From an uncultured Nitrospiraceae bacterium (GTDB lineage: Bacteria; Nitrospirota; Thermodesulfovibrionia; Thermodesulfovibrionales; UBA6898), in assembly GCA_963811165.1 (NCBI GenBank), contig CAWEQH010000010.1, positions 384,001 through 448,000 of the forward strand: a stretch of 64,000 nucleotides of DNA, read 5' to 3'. The notes beneath the pieces are model-generated. The model saw only the letters and a program-made list of their open reading frames with translations, had not been told where the DNA came from and did no database searches. Made by a program: the position numbers and the translations under genes. This document shows, piece after piece, positions 52,162 to 61,332 of this stretch. Positions within the stretch are counted from its first letter, which is position 1; each line of letters begins with the position of its first letter.

Positions 52162-52587
52162 ATGAAGACTCAGTTTGCAAAAAAAGGTGATTTCGACCGG
52201 AAGTGGTACGTTGTCGACGCCAAGGACGCTGTGCTCGGGAGGCTTGCGGTAAAGGTCGCGACGTACCTCCGGGGCAAAAATAAACCGGTTTTTACGCCCA
52301 ACGTCGACACCGGTGATTTTATCATCGTGATCAATGCAGAGAAAGTGCGTCTGACGGGAAATAAACAGACCGACAAGATGTACTATCATCATTCCGGCTA
52401 CATCGGCGGCATCAAGGCGAAGAGTGCCAAGGACTTGCTGGAAGAACGTCCGGAAAAGATCATCGAGCAAGCCGTCTGGGGCATGCTCCCGAAAAACAGG
52501 CTCGGAAGGACGATGATCAAGAAACTTAAAGTATACAGGGGAGCAGAGCATCCGCACAGGGCGCAGTCCCCGGAAATTTTGCAATAA
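52162..52587 (+). CDS. rplM: 50S ribosomal protein L13
   Basis: WYVVDA, LGRLA, GKNKP, GMLPK. Confidence 0.98.
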   Translation: MKTQFAKKGDFDRKWYVVDAKDAVLGRLAVKVATYLRGKNKPVFTPNVDTGDFIIVINAEKVRLTGNKQTDKMYYHHSGYIGGIKAKSAKDLLEERPEKIIEQAVWGMLPKNRLGRTMIKKLKVYRGAEHPHRAQSPEILQ

Positions 52588-52597
52588 AGGAGTTTAT

Positions 52598-52990
52598 ATG
52601 GCCGAGATAAAATATACCGCAACCGGAAGAAGGAAGACCTCAATCGCGCAGGTGAGTATGATGACAGGGAACGGGAAGATAACGGTGAACAAAAAGCCGG
52701 TTGAGACCTATTTCCCGAGGGAGATCCTGCGCATGATCATCCGCCAGCCTATCGAACTTGTGGGCGTGACCGGAAAACATGATATCACCATAAAGGTTGA
52801 AGGCGGCGGACCGACCGGTCAGGCGGGCGCGGTCAGACACGGCATTTCGCGTGCGCTCCTCAAAATGGACGCGGACCTGCGAGGCAGGCTGAAAAAGGAA
52901 GGCTTCCTGACAAGAGACCCCAGGGAGAAGGAAAGAAAGAAATACGGTCTCAAGGGCGCCAGGAAACGCTTCCAGTTCTCAAAGAGATAA
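52598..52990 (+). CDS. rpsI: 30S ribosomal protein S9
   Basis: TGRRKTS, GGG..GQAGA, QFSKR. Confidence 0.98.
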   Translation: MAEIKYTATGRRKTSIAQVSMMTGNGKITVNKKPVETYFPREILRMIIRQPIELVGVTGKHDITIKVEGGGPTGQAGAVRHGISRALLKMDADLRGRLKKEGFLTRDPREKERKKYGLKGARKRFQFSKR

Positions 52991-53027
52991 TTGCATTATA
53001 AGAGCGCAAGCTCTGCTTTTTTGATTT

Positions 53028-53065
53028 GCGAGGGCCCGTTCTTGAAACGGGCCCTTTGCTTTTTG
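53028..53065 (+). terminator. Intrinsic terminator after rpsI
   Basis: AGGGCCCGTT/AACGGGCCCT stem followed by TTGCTTTTTG. Confidence 0.75.
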
Positions 53066-53113
53066 TAGAATTGAAAAAACCATATGCGTACCTTGGAAGA
53101 TGAGGGAGTCACG

Positions 53114-54154
53114 ATGATAAAAATTGCTATTTGCGGAGGCAGTGGATATACAGGGATAGAGCTCCTGCGGATCCTGTCGGGCCATCCGGACGCGGCGATA
53201 ACGGCGATAACGTCGGAGAAATCTGCGGGCAGGAGACCGGCCGGGCTATTTCCCCATCTGCATAAATACGGGGACCTGGTATATGAACCTCTGAACAAGG
53301 AAAAACTTCTCAATAAGGCGGATGTCTTCTTCCTTGCTCTGCCGCACGGCGCCTCGCAGGAGGCGGTAAACTTCTTCTTCAGAAACGGGAAGAAGGTCAT
53401 AGACCTCTCTGCTGATTTCAGGCTGAGAGACCCCGAGACGTACAAAGACTGGTACGGGCTGCCTCACGACTTTGTTCCGACCCTGAAAAAGGCGGTCTAC
53501 GGTCTGCCCGAGATATACAGGAATAAAATAAGAAAGGCAGGGCTCGTAGCCAATCCGGGCTGCTACCCCACGAGCGCGATTCTCGGACTTTTGCCGGCGA
53601 TCAAGGGCGGCCTTATCGATCTGTCCTCGATAGTCATTGACTCTAAATCCGGCACGAGCGGCGCGGGAAGGAAGGCGGATATTGCAGTCTCTTTTTGCGA
53701 GGTGAACGAGGGGTTCAAGGCGTATGCTATCGGAACACACAGACACACACCCGAAATAGAGCAGGAACTTTCCTCTCTCTCAGGCAGGGAGATAATCGTC
53801 AATTTCACTCCCCATCTACTGCCCGTAGACAGGGGCATATTGACAACGGCGTACGCAAGGCTTATAAAAAAGACGGACACTGCAGCGGTATTGAATCTCT
53901 ATGAAAAGAAATATGCCGGCGAGCCCTTCGTCAATGTGCTCCCGGAAGGGATATTCCCGAACATCAAGAATGTGAGGGGCACGAATTTCTGCGAGATCGG
54001 CGTCAAGGTCAATGCAAGGACGAACACGCTCATTATCGTGTCTGCCATTGACAACCTTGTAAAAGGCGCTTCGGGACAGGCGGTCCATAACATGAACATC
54101 ATGATGGGAATTGAAGAAGAAAGAGGGCTCGGCGGTCTCGCCCTCGTCCCTTAA
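53114..54154 (+). CDS. argC: N-acetyl-gamma-glutamyl-phosphate reductase
   Basis: GSGYTG, NPGCYPT, SGTSGAGR, DNLVKGASGQA. Confidence 0.97.
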   Translation: MIKIAICGGSGYTGIELLRILSGHPDAAITAITSEKSAGRRPAGLFPHLHKYGDLVYEPLNKEKLLNKADVFFLALPHGASQEAVNFFFRNGKKVIDLSADFRLRDPETYKDWYGLPHDFVPTLKKAVYGLPEIYRNKIRKAGLVANPGCYPTSAILGLLPAIKGGLIDLSSIVIDSKSGTSGAGRKADIAVSFCEVNEGFKAYAIGTHRHTPEIEQELSSLSGREIIVNFTPHLLPVDRGILTTAYARLIKKTDTAAVLNLYEKKYAGEPFVNVLPEGIFPNIKNVRGTNFCEIGVKVNARTNTLIIVSAIDNLVKGASGQAVHNMNIMMGIEEERGLGGLALVP

Positions 54155-54173
54155 AGGCGCAAGGAGCAAACTA

Positions 54174-55370
54174 ATGTCAGAACTTACCTATACAAAAAGT
54201 CCCGAGGGGTTCCTCTTCTCCGTGGCAGAGGCTGCCGTCAAGAAACCCGGCCGCAAGGACATCGCGCTGATCGTCTCTGAAGTGGACGCGACTATTGCGG
54301 GTACCTTTACGACAAATACGGTGAAGGCGGCGCCGGTAAGGCTCTGCATGCAAAATATCAAGTCCGGCCGCGGCAGGGCGATAGTCGTAAACAGCGGCAA
54401 CGCCAACGCCTGCACCGGGGCACAAGGGCTTAAGGACGCCGGAAAGATCGCCTCCCACATTTCGCACTACCTGGGAGTAAAGCCGTCTCTTTCCTATGTC
54501 TGTTCCACCGGCGTTATAGGCGTCCCTTTGCCTATGGAGAGGATCGCTCCGGCCCTCGGCATATTGAGGGAGAATGCCGGTGATTATTCTCTCTTGGACG
54601 TTGCGAAGGCCATCATGACAACTGATACCTTTCCAAAGATAACTTCACAGCAAGTCGCCATCGGGAAAAAAACAGGGGTGATCGCAGGGATATGCAAGGG
54701 CGCAGGGATGATCCAGCCTCACATGGCCACGATGCTCTGTTTTATTATCACGGACATCGCGGTTGAACGGAAGGCCCTTCAGGCGCTGTTGAAGGATTCG
54801 GTGCGGCGGTCTTTTAACCGCATCACTATAGATGGAGATATGTCTACAAACGACACGGTCCTTCTGATGGCCAACGGGATGCTCGGCAATACACCGATCG
54901 GCACGAATTCGAAATACATCAAGGCGTTCAAGACTGCTTTAGATAAAGTGACTTATGAACTGGCCAGGCTCGTAGTCAGGGACGGCGAAGGTGCAACGAA
55001 ACTGATCGAGGTCGTTGTGAAGGGTGCCGGGAATGAGGCCCACGCCGAGAAGGCCGCATTTGCAGTCGCAAATTCAAACCTCGTAAAAACGGCGATCTAC
55101 GGAAACGACGCAAACTGGGGCAGGATCATGTGCGCGCTAGGGTATTCCGGGATTCATTTCCGGGAGGATAAGACAGATATTTTCTTCAACGGGACACAGG
55201 TCGTCAGGGGCGGTATCTCTAACCACAAGGATAAAGAGGCGGCAGGGATTTTGAAGTCAAAAGAGATAGGGATTACGATCGATCTTCATTCAGGCAAGTC
55301 CTCTGCGCGCGTCCTCACCTGCGACTTAACAGAGGATTACATCCGCATCAACGCGGAATACAGAACGTAA
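54174..55370 (+). CDS. argJ: Bifunctional ornithine acetyltransferase/N-acetylglutamate synthase
   Basis: NSGNANA, STGVIG, MTTDT, MATML, DGEGA, INAEYRT. Confidence 0.97.
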   Translation: MSELTYTKSPEGFLFSVAEAAVKKPGRKDIALIVSEVDATIAGTFTTNTVKAAPVRLCMQNIKSGRGRAIVVNSGNANACTGAQGLKDAGKIASHISHYLGVKPSLSYVCSTGVIGVPLPMERIAPALGILRENAGDYSLLDVAKAIMTTDTFPKITSQQVAIGKKTGVIAGICKGAGMIQPHMATMLCFIITDIAVERKALQALLKDSVRRSFNRITIDGDMSTNDTVLLMANGMLGNTPIGTNSKYIKAFKTALDKVTYELARLVVRDGEGATKLIEVVVKGAGNEAHAEKAAFAVANSNLVKTAIYGNDANWGRIMCALGYSGIHFREDKTDIFFNGTQVVRGGISNHKDKEAAGILKSKEIGITIDLHSGKSSARVLTCDLTEDYIRINAEYRT

Positions 55371-55392
55371 TCCAGTATCTATGATTGCTGAT

Positions 55393-55461
55393 GGGGCGTT
55401 GCCCCGAACCCAAGTTACCTCTCTTGCCGCCCAAGCAAGACAGTCCAAAGAATGGCGCCCC
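55393..55461. repeat. Degenerate palindromic intergenic element (REP/MITE-like)
   Basis: GGGGCG...CGCCCC ends with inner hairpins GGGGC-GTT-GCCCC and TCTTGC...GCAAGA. Confidence 0.45.
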
Positions 55462-55480
55462 GATGAACATCATTTGAGGC

Positions 55481-56248
55481 TTATCCGATAGAAAAAGAGT
55501 CCAGAATCCCGTAGAATGCGGTTACCGCCACAGAATCTAGAGGCAGTTCGACGATACCCTTGCCCTGCAGGTCGTACTCGAAGATTTGATGGTCCTGCGG
55601 CACAAGCCCTGCGACGGTAAGTCCCATCTCCTCCGCCAGTTTCCTCAGGTCCTTCCCTTCGTCGCCCGAGACGCGGTTAATGATCAGCGCGTGTTTCGCG
55701 ACGTCGAGTTCGAGCTCCCTTACCAGTCCGTCTATTCTCTGTGCGGTGCGTACACCTCTGACCGTAGGATCGCTGACAATGAGGAGAAGATCGACCTTAT
55801 GCGTTGTCCGTCTGCTTAAATGCTCCATTCCCGCCTCGTTGTCAATGACCACATATGAATACGTTTCGGATAATTTGTCCGTATATTTTCTTATTATATT
55901 ATTTGCCGCACAATAACATCCGGGTCCCTCGGGTCTGCCCATGACCATCAGATCAAAGCCTCTCGCTTCTATCACGGATTGCTGGACCTGATAGTCAAAT
56001 AGCTGCTCCATCGACATGCCGCCCGGCCGGTCACCGCCGCTCCGTATTGCCTGGAGCGACTCCTCCCTTAGGCCGCCTATCGTGGCATGAACATTCACGC
56101 CCAGCGCTTCGTTGAGGCAGGCGTTGCTGTCGGCATCGACAGCAAGAACAGGCCTCTTCTTTTTTTCCATAAGATACTTCACGGTCAGGGCCGCGATGCT
56201 CGTCTTTCCGGTGCCGCCCTTCCCTGCCAGTGCGATTACGTATGCCAT
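55481..56248 (-). CDS. cooC: CODH/ACS nickel-insertion ATPase CooC/AcsF
   Basis: GKGGTGKT, DAD, GPGCYC, DNEAGMEH.SR. Confidence 0.93.
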   Translation of the reverse strand: MAYVIALAGKGGTGKTSIAALTVKYLMEKKKRPVLAVDADSNACLNEALGVNVHATIGGLREESLQAIRSGGDRPGGMSMEQLFDYQVQQSVIEARGFDLMVMGRPEGPGCYCAANNIIRKYTDKLSETYSYVVIDNEAGMEHLSRRTTHKVDLLLIVSDPTVRGVRTAQRIDGLVRELELDVAKHALIINRVSGDEGKDLRKLAEEMGLTVAGLVPQDHQIFEYDLQGKGIVELPLDSVAVTAFYGILDSFSIG

Positions 56249-56353
56249 ATATGTTTACCCCACTCTCTTCTTTTTTAATATATTATACCCGCCTCACCCT
56301 AAAAATTCCGTACGATCGTCAAGGAAATTCTAAAATCCTAATATTGAAAAACA

Positions 56354-56379
56354 TTGGAAGTGTCCCGGGACACTTCCAA
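56354..56379. repeat. Perfect 26-bp palindrome
   Basis: TTGGAAGTGTCCC|GGGACACTTCCAA, no spacer. Confidence 0.85.
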
Positions 56380-56574
56380 ATCATTCTCCCTTCGATAATA
56401 AGGCTGGTAAACCTGATATAATGGAGACGATCAAACTGAGGATTGTGAACATACTTGATCTTTTTTTCAAAGATCGTTTATCGGGAGGGTTCGATTTCCG
56501 GTGATAAAGGCCTCCGAAAATTTATCCAATAAGAGCTTCACATTCTGGCAGCAGGATATTGCCTATGTATATGA

Positions 56575-56685
56575 ACAACGCTCCCGCCTCTTTTTTCCCT
56601 CGTCCTGGCAGGCATGGTAGTCTTTTACCTGCTGATCGTAGAACGGGTCAAACAGTGGTTTTTCCACAGGTATATTTTCAGGTGA
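56575..56685 (+). pseudogene. C-terminal remnant of a P-type ATPase (MgtA-like)
   Basis: Frame TTLPPLFSLVLAGMVVFYLLIVERVKQWFFHRYIFR*, preceded by an in-frame stop. Confidence 0.55.
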
Positions 56686-56693
56686 TGCAAACT

Positions 56694-56915
56694 ATGAAAG
56701 ATTTTATATTAGAAGGCGACTTCATCGAATTACACAAGCTCTTAAAGATCACAGGACTATGCGGCAGCGGAGGGATGGCGAAGGCCCTGATCGCAGAGGG
56801 GAAGGTCAAGGTCGATGATAAAGCAGAACTGAGAAAACGCTGCAAGATACGCACCGGACAGGTTGTAGAATTCGAGGGGCATAAGATGCTTATAAGAAAT
56901 GCATCCGCGACCTGA
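56694..56915 (+). CDS. S4-domain RNA-binding protein (YbcJ/YaaA family)
   Basis: IELHKLLK..G...SGG.AK..I.EG.V.VD...E.RKRCKI. Confidence 0.9.
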   Translation: MKDFILEGDFIELHKLLKITGLCGSGGMAKALIAEGKVKVDDKAELRKRCKIRTGQVVEFEGHKMLIRNASAT

Positions 56916-56961
56916 TCCAAGTTCGCTTGCAATGTTCATCGATTTACAGTAATATTTCCGC

Positions 56962-58170
56962 ATGCAAAAATTAGTCCGAGATTTAATTCAAACCAACTCG
57001 ACCAAGATTGTGCTCGTGGTCCTCGATGGACTCGGGGGGCTTCCGGTAAACGGAAAGACCGAACTGGAAGCTGCGAAGACCCCGAATATGGATTCCGTCG
57101 CACAGTCGTCAGCGTGCGGGCTTCACCTCCCTGTGGCTTACGGCATCACGCCGGGCAGCGGCCCGGGCCACCTGTCCCTCTTTGGATATAATCCTCTCGA
57201 ATATCAGATCGGCAGGGGGATCCTAGAGGCCCTTGGTCTCGGCATGGACGTAAGAAGGACAGACATCGCCCTGCGCTGCAATTATGCTACGCTCGAAAAA
57301 GGCATCATAAAAGACAGGCGGGCAGGCAGGATACCAACGGAGCAGAGCAGAAAGATTACAGATAAATTGCAATCGGCGATAACTAAAATAGATGACGCAG
57401 AGATACATTTTGCGCCAGGCATGGAGCACAGGTTCGCGGTCCTGATGAGGTTCCCCGGGCCGCTCCCTCCCGGCGCCGACTCCCTAAACGACACAGACCC
57501 GCAGAAAGAGGGAAAAACTCCTCTCCAACTTCTTGCGGCCTCGCCTGCAGCTGAACGCGTGGCGCGGGTTGCCGAGAAGCTCATTGCAGAAGTCTCGGAG
57601 GTATTGAAAGGGGAGGAAAGGGCTAATTATATACTCTTGAGAGGGTTCTCCGTCATGCCCCATCTTACTACCTTTAAGGAGGCATACGGACTGAATGCCG
57701 TTGCAATCGCGACCTATCCCATGTACGGCGGACTCGCAAAGCTTGTCGGCATGACCACGCCGGCAGTCTCCGGAGGGGTGCAGGAAGAGATCGATTTCCT
57801 CAAGGCAAACTACGATACGTACGATTTCTTTTTCCTCCATGTAAAAAAAGTGGACTCCTACGGCGAAGACGGCGACTTCGCCGGGAAATGCAAGCGGATC
57901 GAGGAATTCGACGCCCTCCTCCCTCAGATACTTTCTCTTGGTCCCGATGTGCTCATCATCACAGGCGACCATTCCACGCCGGCAGTTATGAAGGGCCATA
58001 GCTGGCACCCCGTCCCTATGCTCCTAAAGTCATCCTACGTGCTGGGAGGTCTCTGCAAAGGGTTTTCCGAGAGGGAATGCACCAAAGGGGAACTAGGCAT
58101 CTTCCCGACCGTTAACCTCATGCCTCTTGCTCTGGCCAACGCCGGCAGACTGAAGAAGTTCGGGGCATGA
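56962..58170 (+). CDS. apgM: 2,3-bisphosphoglycerate-independent phosphoglycerate mutase, archaeal/ApgM type
   Basis: LDGLGG, TPGSGPGHL, DRRAGR, TGDHSTP, HSWHPVP. Confidence 0.93.
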   Translation: MQKLVRDLIQTNSTKIVLVVLDGLGGLPVNGKTELEAAKTPNMDSVAQSSACGLHLPVAYGITPGSGPGHLSLFGYNPLEYQIGRGILEALGLGMDVRRTDIALRCNYATLEKGIIKDRRAGRIPTEQSRKITDKLQSAITKIDDAEIHFAPGMEHRFAVLMRFPGPLPPGADSLNDTDPQKEGKTPLQLLAASPAAERVARVAEKLIAEVSEVLKGEERANYILLRGFSVMPHLTTFKEAYGLNAVAIATYPMYGGLAKLVGMTTPAVSGGVQEEIDFLKANYDTYDFFFLHVKKVDSYGEDGDFAGKCKRIEEFDALLPQILSLGPDVLIITGDHSTPAVMKGHSWHPVPMLLKSSYVLGGLCKGFSERECTKGELGIFPTVNLMPLALANAGRLKKFGA

Positions 58171-58341
58171 ACCCAATCGCCTGCCTGGATTCGTAGACAC
58201 CGGACCTGAATCCTCCTTACCCTAAGGATGAAGAAGGGTAATGATTTCCCTTCCTGCTGACAAGGCAAGCCAATTTGTCGTAACATAAAAGTTGCTCACA
58301 ATATTTTATAATAAAAAAAACATGAAGAGGACCGTAGAGTA

Positions 58342-59797
58342 ATGAAAGAAGATATATCTTCGCCGGAGAGATCGATGGGTCGGCCGGACCAGAGATCTCA
58401 CGTTTCCGAAAATCGACCTCCCGAAATAATGGTCCCGTTGATCGATACGCATTGCCATCTTGAGATGGCCCAGTTCGACGGGGACCGTGAAGAGGTGATA
58501 CGCCGGGCAAAAGAAGCGGGGTTCGAGGCGTTGATCAGCGTCGGTTCCAGCCTGGAAGGAACGTTAGGGGCGCTGAAGCTCGCCGAACAATACGATTTCA
58601 TCTATGCCTCGGTCGGCATCCATCCCCACGATGCAAAGGATTTCTCGCAACAAATTTATGAAGATTTAAAGAGGATGACGGAAAACAAAAAGGTCGTCGC
58701 CGTAGGCGAGACCGGCCTCGACTATCATTACGATCACTCGCCGCGCGACGTCCAAAGGGAGGTGTTCAAACAACACCTCGCCCTCGCAAAAGAGACCGCT
58801 CTTCCGGTCATTGTCCATAGCAGGGAAGCCGAAGAAGACACGATGGCCATCCTCGCTGAATCAGGGATCAGTAGCGGAGTCCTGCATTGCTTCTCAGGAG
58901 ACGCGCAGATGGCCGAGGAGGCGATGTCTATGGGGCTAAGCATATCCCTTGCGGGACCGGTGACTTTCAAGAAGTCCTCTGCACTGAGGGAAATAGTTCG
59001 CATGGTCCCTGACGACTATCTCCTCATAGAGACAGACGCGCCCTACCTTTCGCCCGAGCCCTTCAGGGGCAAACGGAATGAGCCGTACTATCTGCGACAT
59101 ACGGCGAGCTATCGTCGCAGAGTTGCGCGGCATCAGTTTTGAGGACATCGCGAGGATCACCAGCCTTAACGCAAGAAAGCTCTTTGGCGTCGGGTCCATG
59201 CCCGAGGAGGCTGCGATCGCTTATCAGATCAGAGACAGCCTTTATCTGAACATCACAAACCGCTGCACCAATGCCTGTTCCTTCTGCATCAAGTTACGCT
59301 CGGACTTCGTGAAGGGGCACAGATTAAGGCTCGGCCATGAACCCACCGAAGAGGAGATCATACGGGCCATTGGCGATCCATCCCGTTACAGGGAAGTGGT
59401 TTTTTGCGGATACGGTGAGCCTCTCCAAAGAATCGACATCGTTACGCACGTCGCCCGGTGGATAAAAGAGCACAACGGCAGGGTGAGAATCAATACAAAC
59501 GGACAGGCCAACCTCATCCACAAGCGCGACGTCATTTCCGAGTTAAAGGGACTTATCGACAGCGTCTCGGTAAGCCTCGACGCCCAGGACGAGACCACCT
59601 ATAACAGGATCTGCAGGCCTGCATTCAAAAATGCGTTCCCGGAAGTCATCAGATTTATACGCGAGGCGAAGGAGCAGATACGCGACGTCCGGGCAACCGT
59701 AGTGGACCTCGAAGGCGTAGACCTGGAAAAATGCAGGGAGTTGGCTGAAGGGCTCGGGGTAAAGTTCAGAATACGGAAACTCGATGCGGTGGGATAA
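58342..59797 (+). CDS. tatD: TatD DNase fused to a TatD-associated radical SAM domain (one extra base near 59106)
   Basis: DTHCH, GETGLD, HSRE, HCF, ETDAPY; then NITNRCTNACSFC and FCGYGEP; start may be 58429. Confidence 0.88.
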
Positions 59798-60878
59798 AGT
59801 CCTTTACCCATGTGAGGAACGCCTTCACCACTGAAGGGTCGAACTGCGTTCCGGAGCATCGTTCAATCTCCTCGATAGCCTCCGCCTTTGTTTTCATCTG
59901 TCTATACGGCCTGTCTGAAGTCATCGCATCGAAGGCGTCCGCTACGCTCAGGATCCTTGCCATGAGGGGTATCTTGTCCCCCCGCAGCCCGAAGATGCCG
60001 TTTTTCCCGTCCCAGTGCTCGTGATGATATTTTACGCTCTGGATTATCTCATCAAACTGCTTCAGTTCCACGAGTATCTCGGCCCCGAGAGCCGCATGTC
60101 TCTTAATCTCGGACCACTCCTCCTTCTCGAGTCTGCCGTTTTTATTGAGAATCTCCTTCGGCGTGGCGATCTTTCCGATATCATGGAGGAGCGCGCTGAG
60201 CTTCAGCTTTTCCATCAGCCCGGCTTCGAGCCCCATGACCCTGCCTATTCCGAGAGAATAACTGGTAACACGCTCCGTATGGCCGGCCGTCCAGTATGAC
60301 GACGCCTCAAGCGCCTTAACAAGCGACCGAATAGCCCCGAGCATGAGGCTTTCCAACTCAGTGTAAAGAAGGGCATTCTCAATCGCAAGACCGGCCTGGG
60401 CAGCGATCGTCGAGAGGAGTTTCGAATCATTTGAGAAAAACTCCTCCCCGGACTCCTTATCGGCGACCACAATCGCGCCGATAATTCTTGCCTTGCCGAC
60501 AAGGGGACAGATCATCAGGGACGACAGTTCCGGGAAATAATCCTTATGTTCGGTCTCAATAAGCCTGCAATATGCCGACGGCTTTCGGGAATCAATCGAC
60601 TTCCATATGACGTCCATGGTTTTGTCGATCACCCGCCCATTGTTCCATTTCCCTCTGCAGGTCTTTGTATTCAACGTCTCGCCCTTAGCGTCAAGAAAAA
60701 GGACCGCAGCGGTCTGGACGCCTATTGTGTAAACCGCCTCTTTAGTGATCCTCGAACAGATATCATCTATGCTGAGAAAGGAAAAGACCTCGGATATCCT
60801 GTGAAGCAGTGAGAGTTCTTCGTAAGCGTTGCTGAGTTCCCGGACGGTGAGGGCCAGATCATTGTCCCGGCCCGTCAC
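59766..60878 (-). CDS. GAF plus HD-GYP-like phosphodiesterase
   Basis: GAF domain, LLHDIGK, HHEHWDG, ADAFDAMTSDRPYR. Confidence 0.9.
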   Translation of the reverse strand: MTGRDNDLALTVRELSNAYEELSLLHRISEVFSFLSIDDICSRITKEAVYTIGVQTAAVLFLDAKGETLNTKTCRGKWNNGRVIDKTMDVIWKSIDSRKPSAYCRLIETEHKDYFPELSSLMICPLVGKARIIGAIVVADKESGEEFFSNDSKLLSTIAAQAGLAIENALLYTELESLMLGAIRSLVKALEASSYWTAGHTERVTSYSLGIGRVMGLEAGLMEKLKLSALLHDIGKIATPKEILNKNGRLEKEEWSEIKRHAALGAEILVELKQFDEIIQSVKYHHEHWDGKNGIFGLRGDKIPLMARILSVADAFDAMTSDRPYRQMKTKAEAIEEIERCSGTQFDPSVVKAFLTWVKDFIPPHRVSVF

Positions 60879-61237
60879 CGCAGTACCTCCTGAACCATCT
60901 CAAGCAGCGCCTTAGGGCTGAAGGGTTTCGTGATATACCTTGCCACGCCGCATCGCAGCCCCAGTTGTTCGTCGGCGTCCTGTCCTTTTGCAGTAAGCAT
61001 AAAAATAGGGATACCGGAGGTTTCAGGGTCCTGTTTAAGGTTCCTGCATACCTCTATCCCGCTGATTTCCGGCATCATCCAGTCGAGGATGACGAGGCCC
61101 GGCTTCTCTTTCCTGATGACCTCAACCGCAGGAACGCTGCTCCTGAGGGTGACAACATGGATCCCGGCACTTTTTAATTTGTCCTCTATCATCATAAGGA
61201 TAAAAGGCTCATCGTCTATGACAACAACCTTCTTCAT
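60875..61237 (-). CDS. Single-domain response regulator
   Basis: IDDE, LDWMMP, LTA, KPF. Confidence 0.92.
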   Translation of the reverse strand: MKKVVVIDDEPFILMMIEDKLKSAGIHVVTLRSSVPAVEVIRKEKPGLVILDWMMPEISGIEVCRNLKQDPETSGIPIFMLTAKGQDADEQLGLRCGVARYITKPFSPKALLEMVQEVLR

Positions 61238-61332
61238 TCCGTCTCCCTTACCTGCCGCGGCCATCGATAGTCATTATACCACCGGCAACGCTTTGAAGAA
61301 TAGTCGCAAATGGCCTCGCCTCCCGGAAAGGC

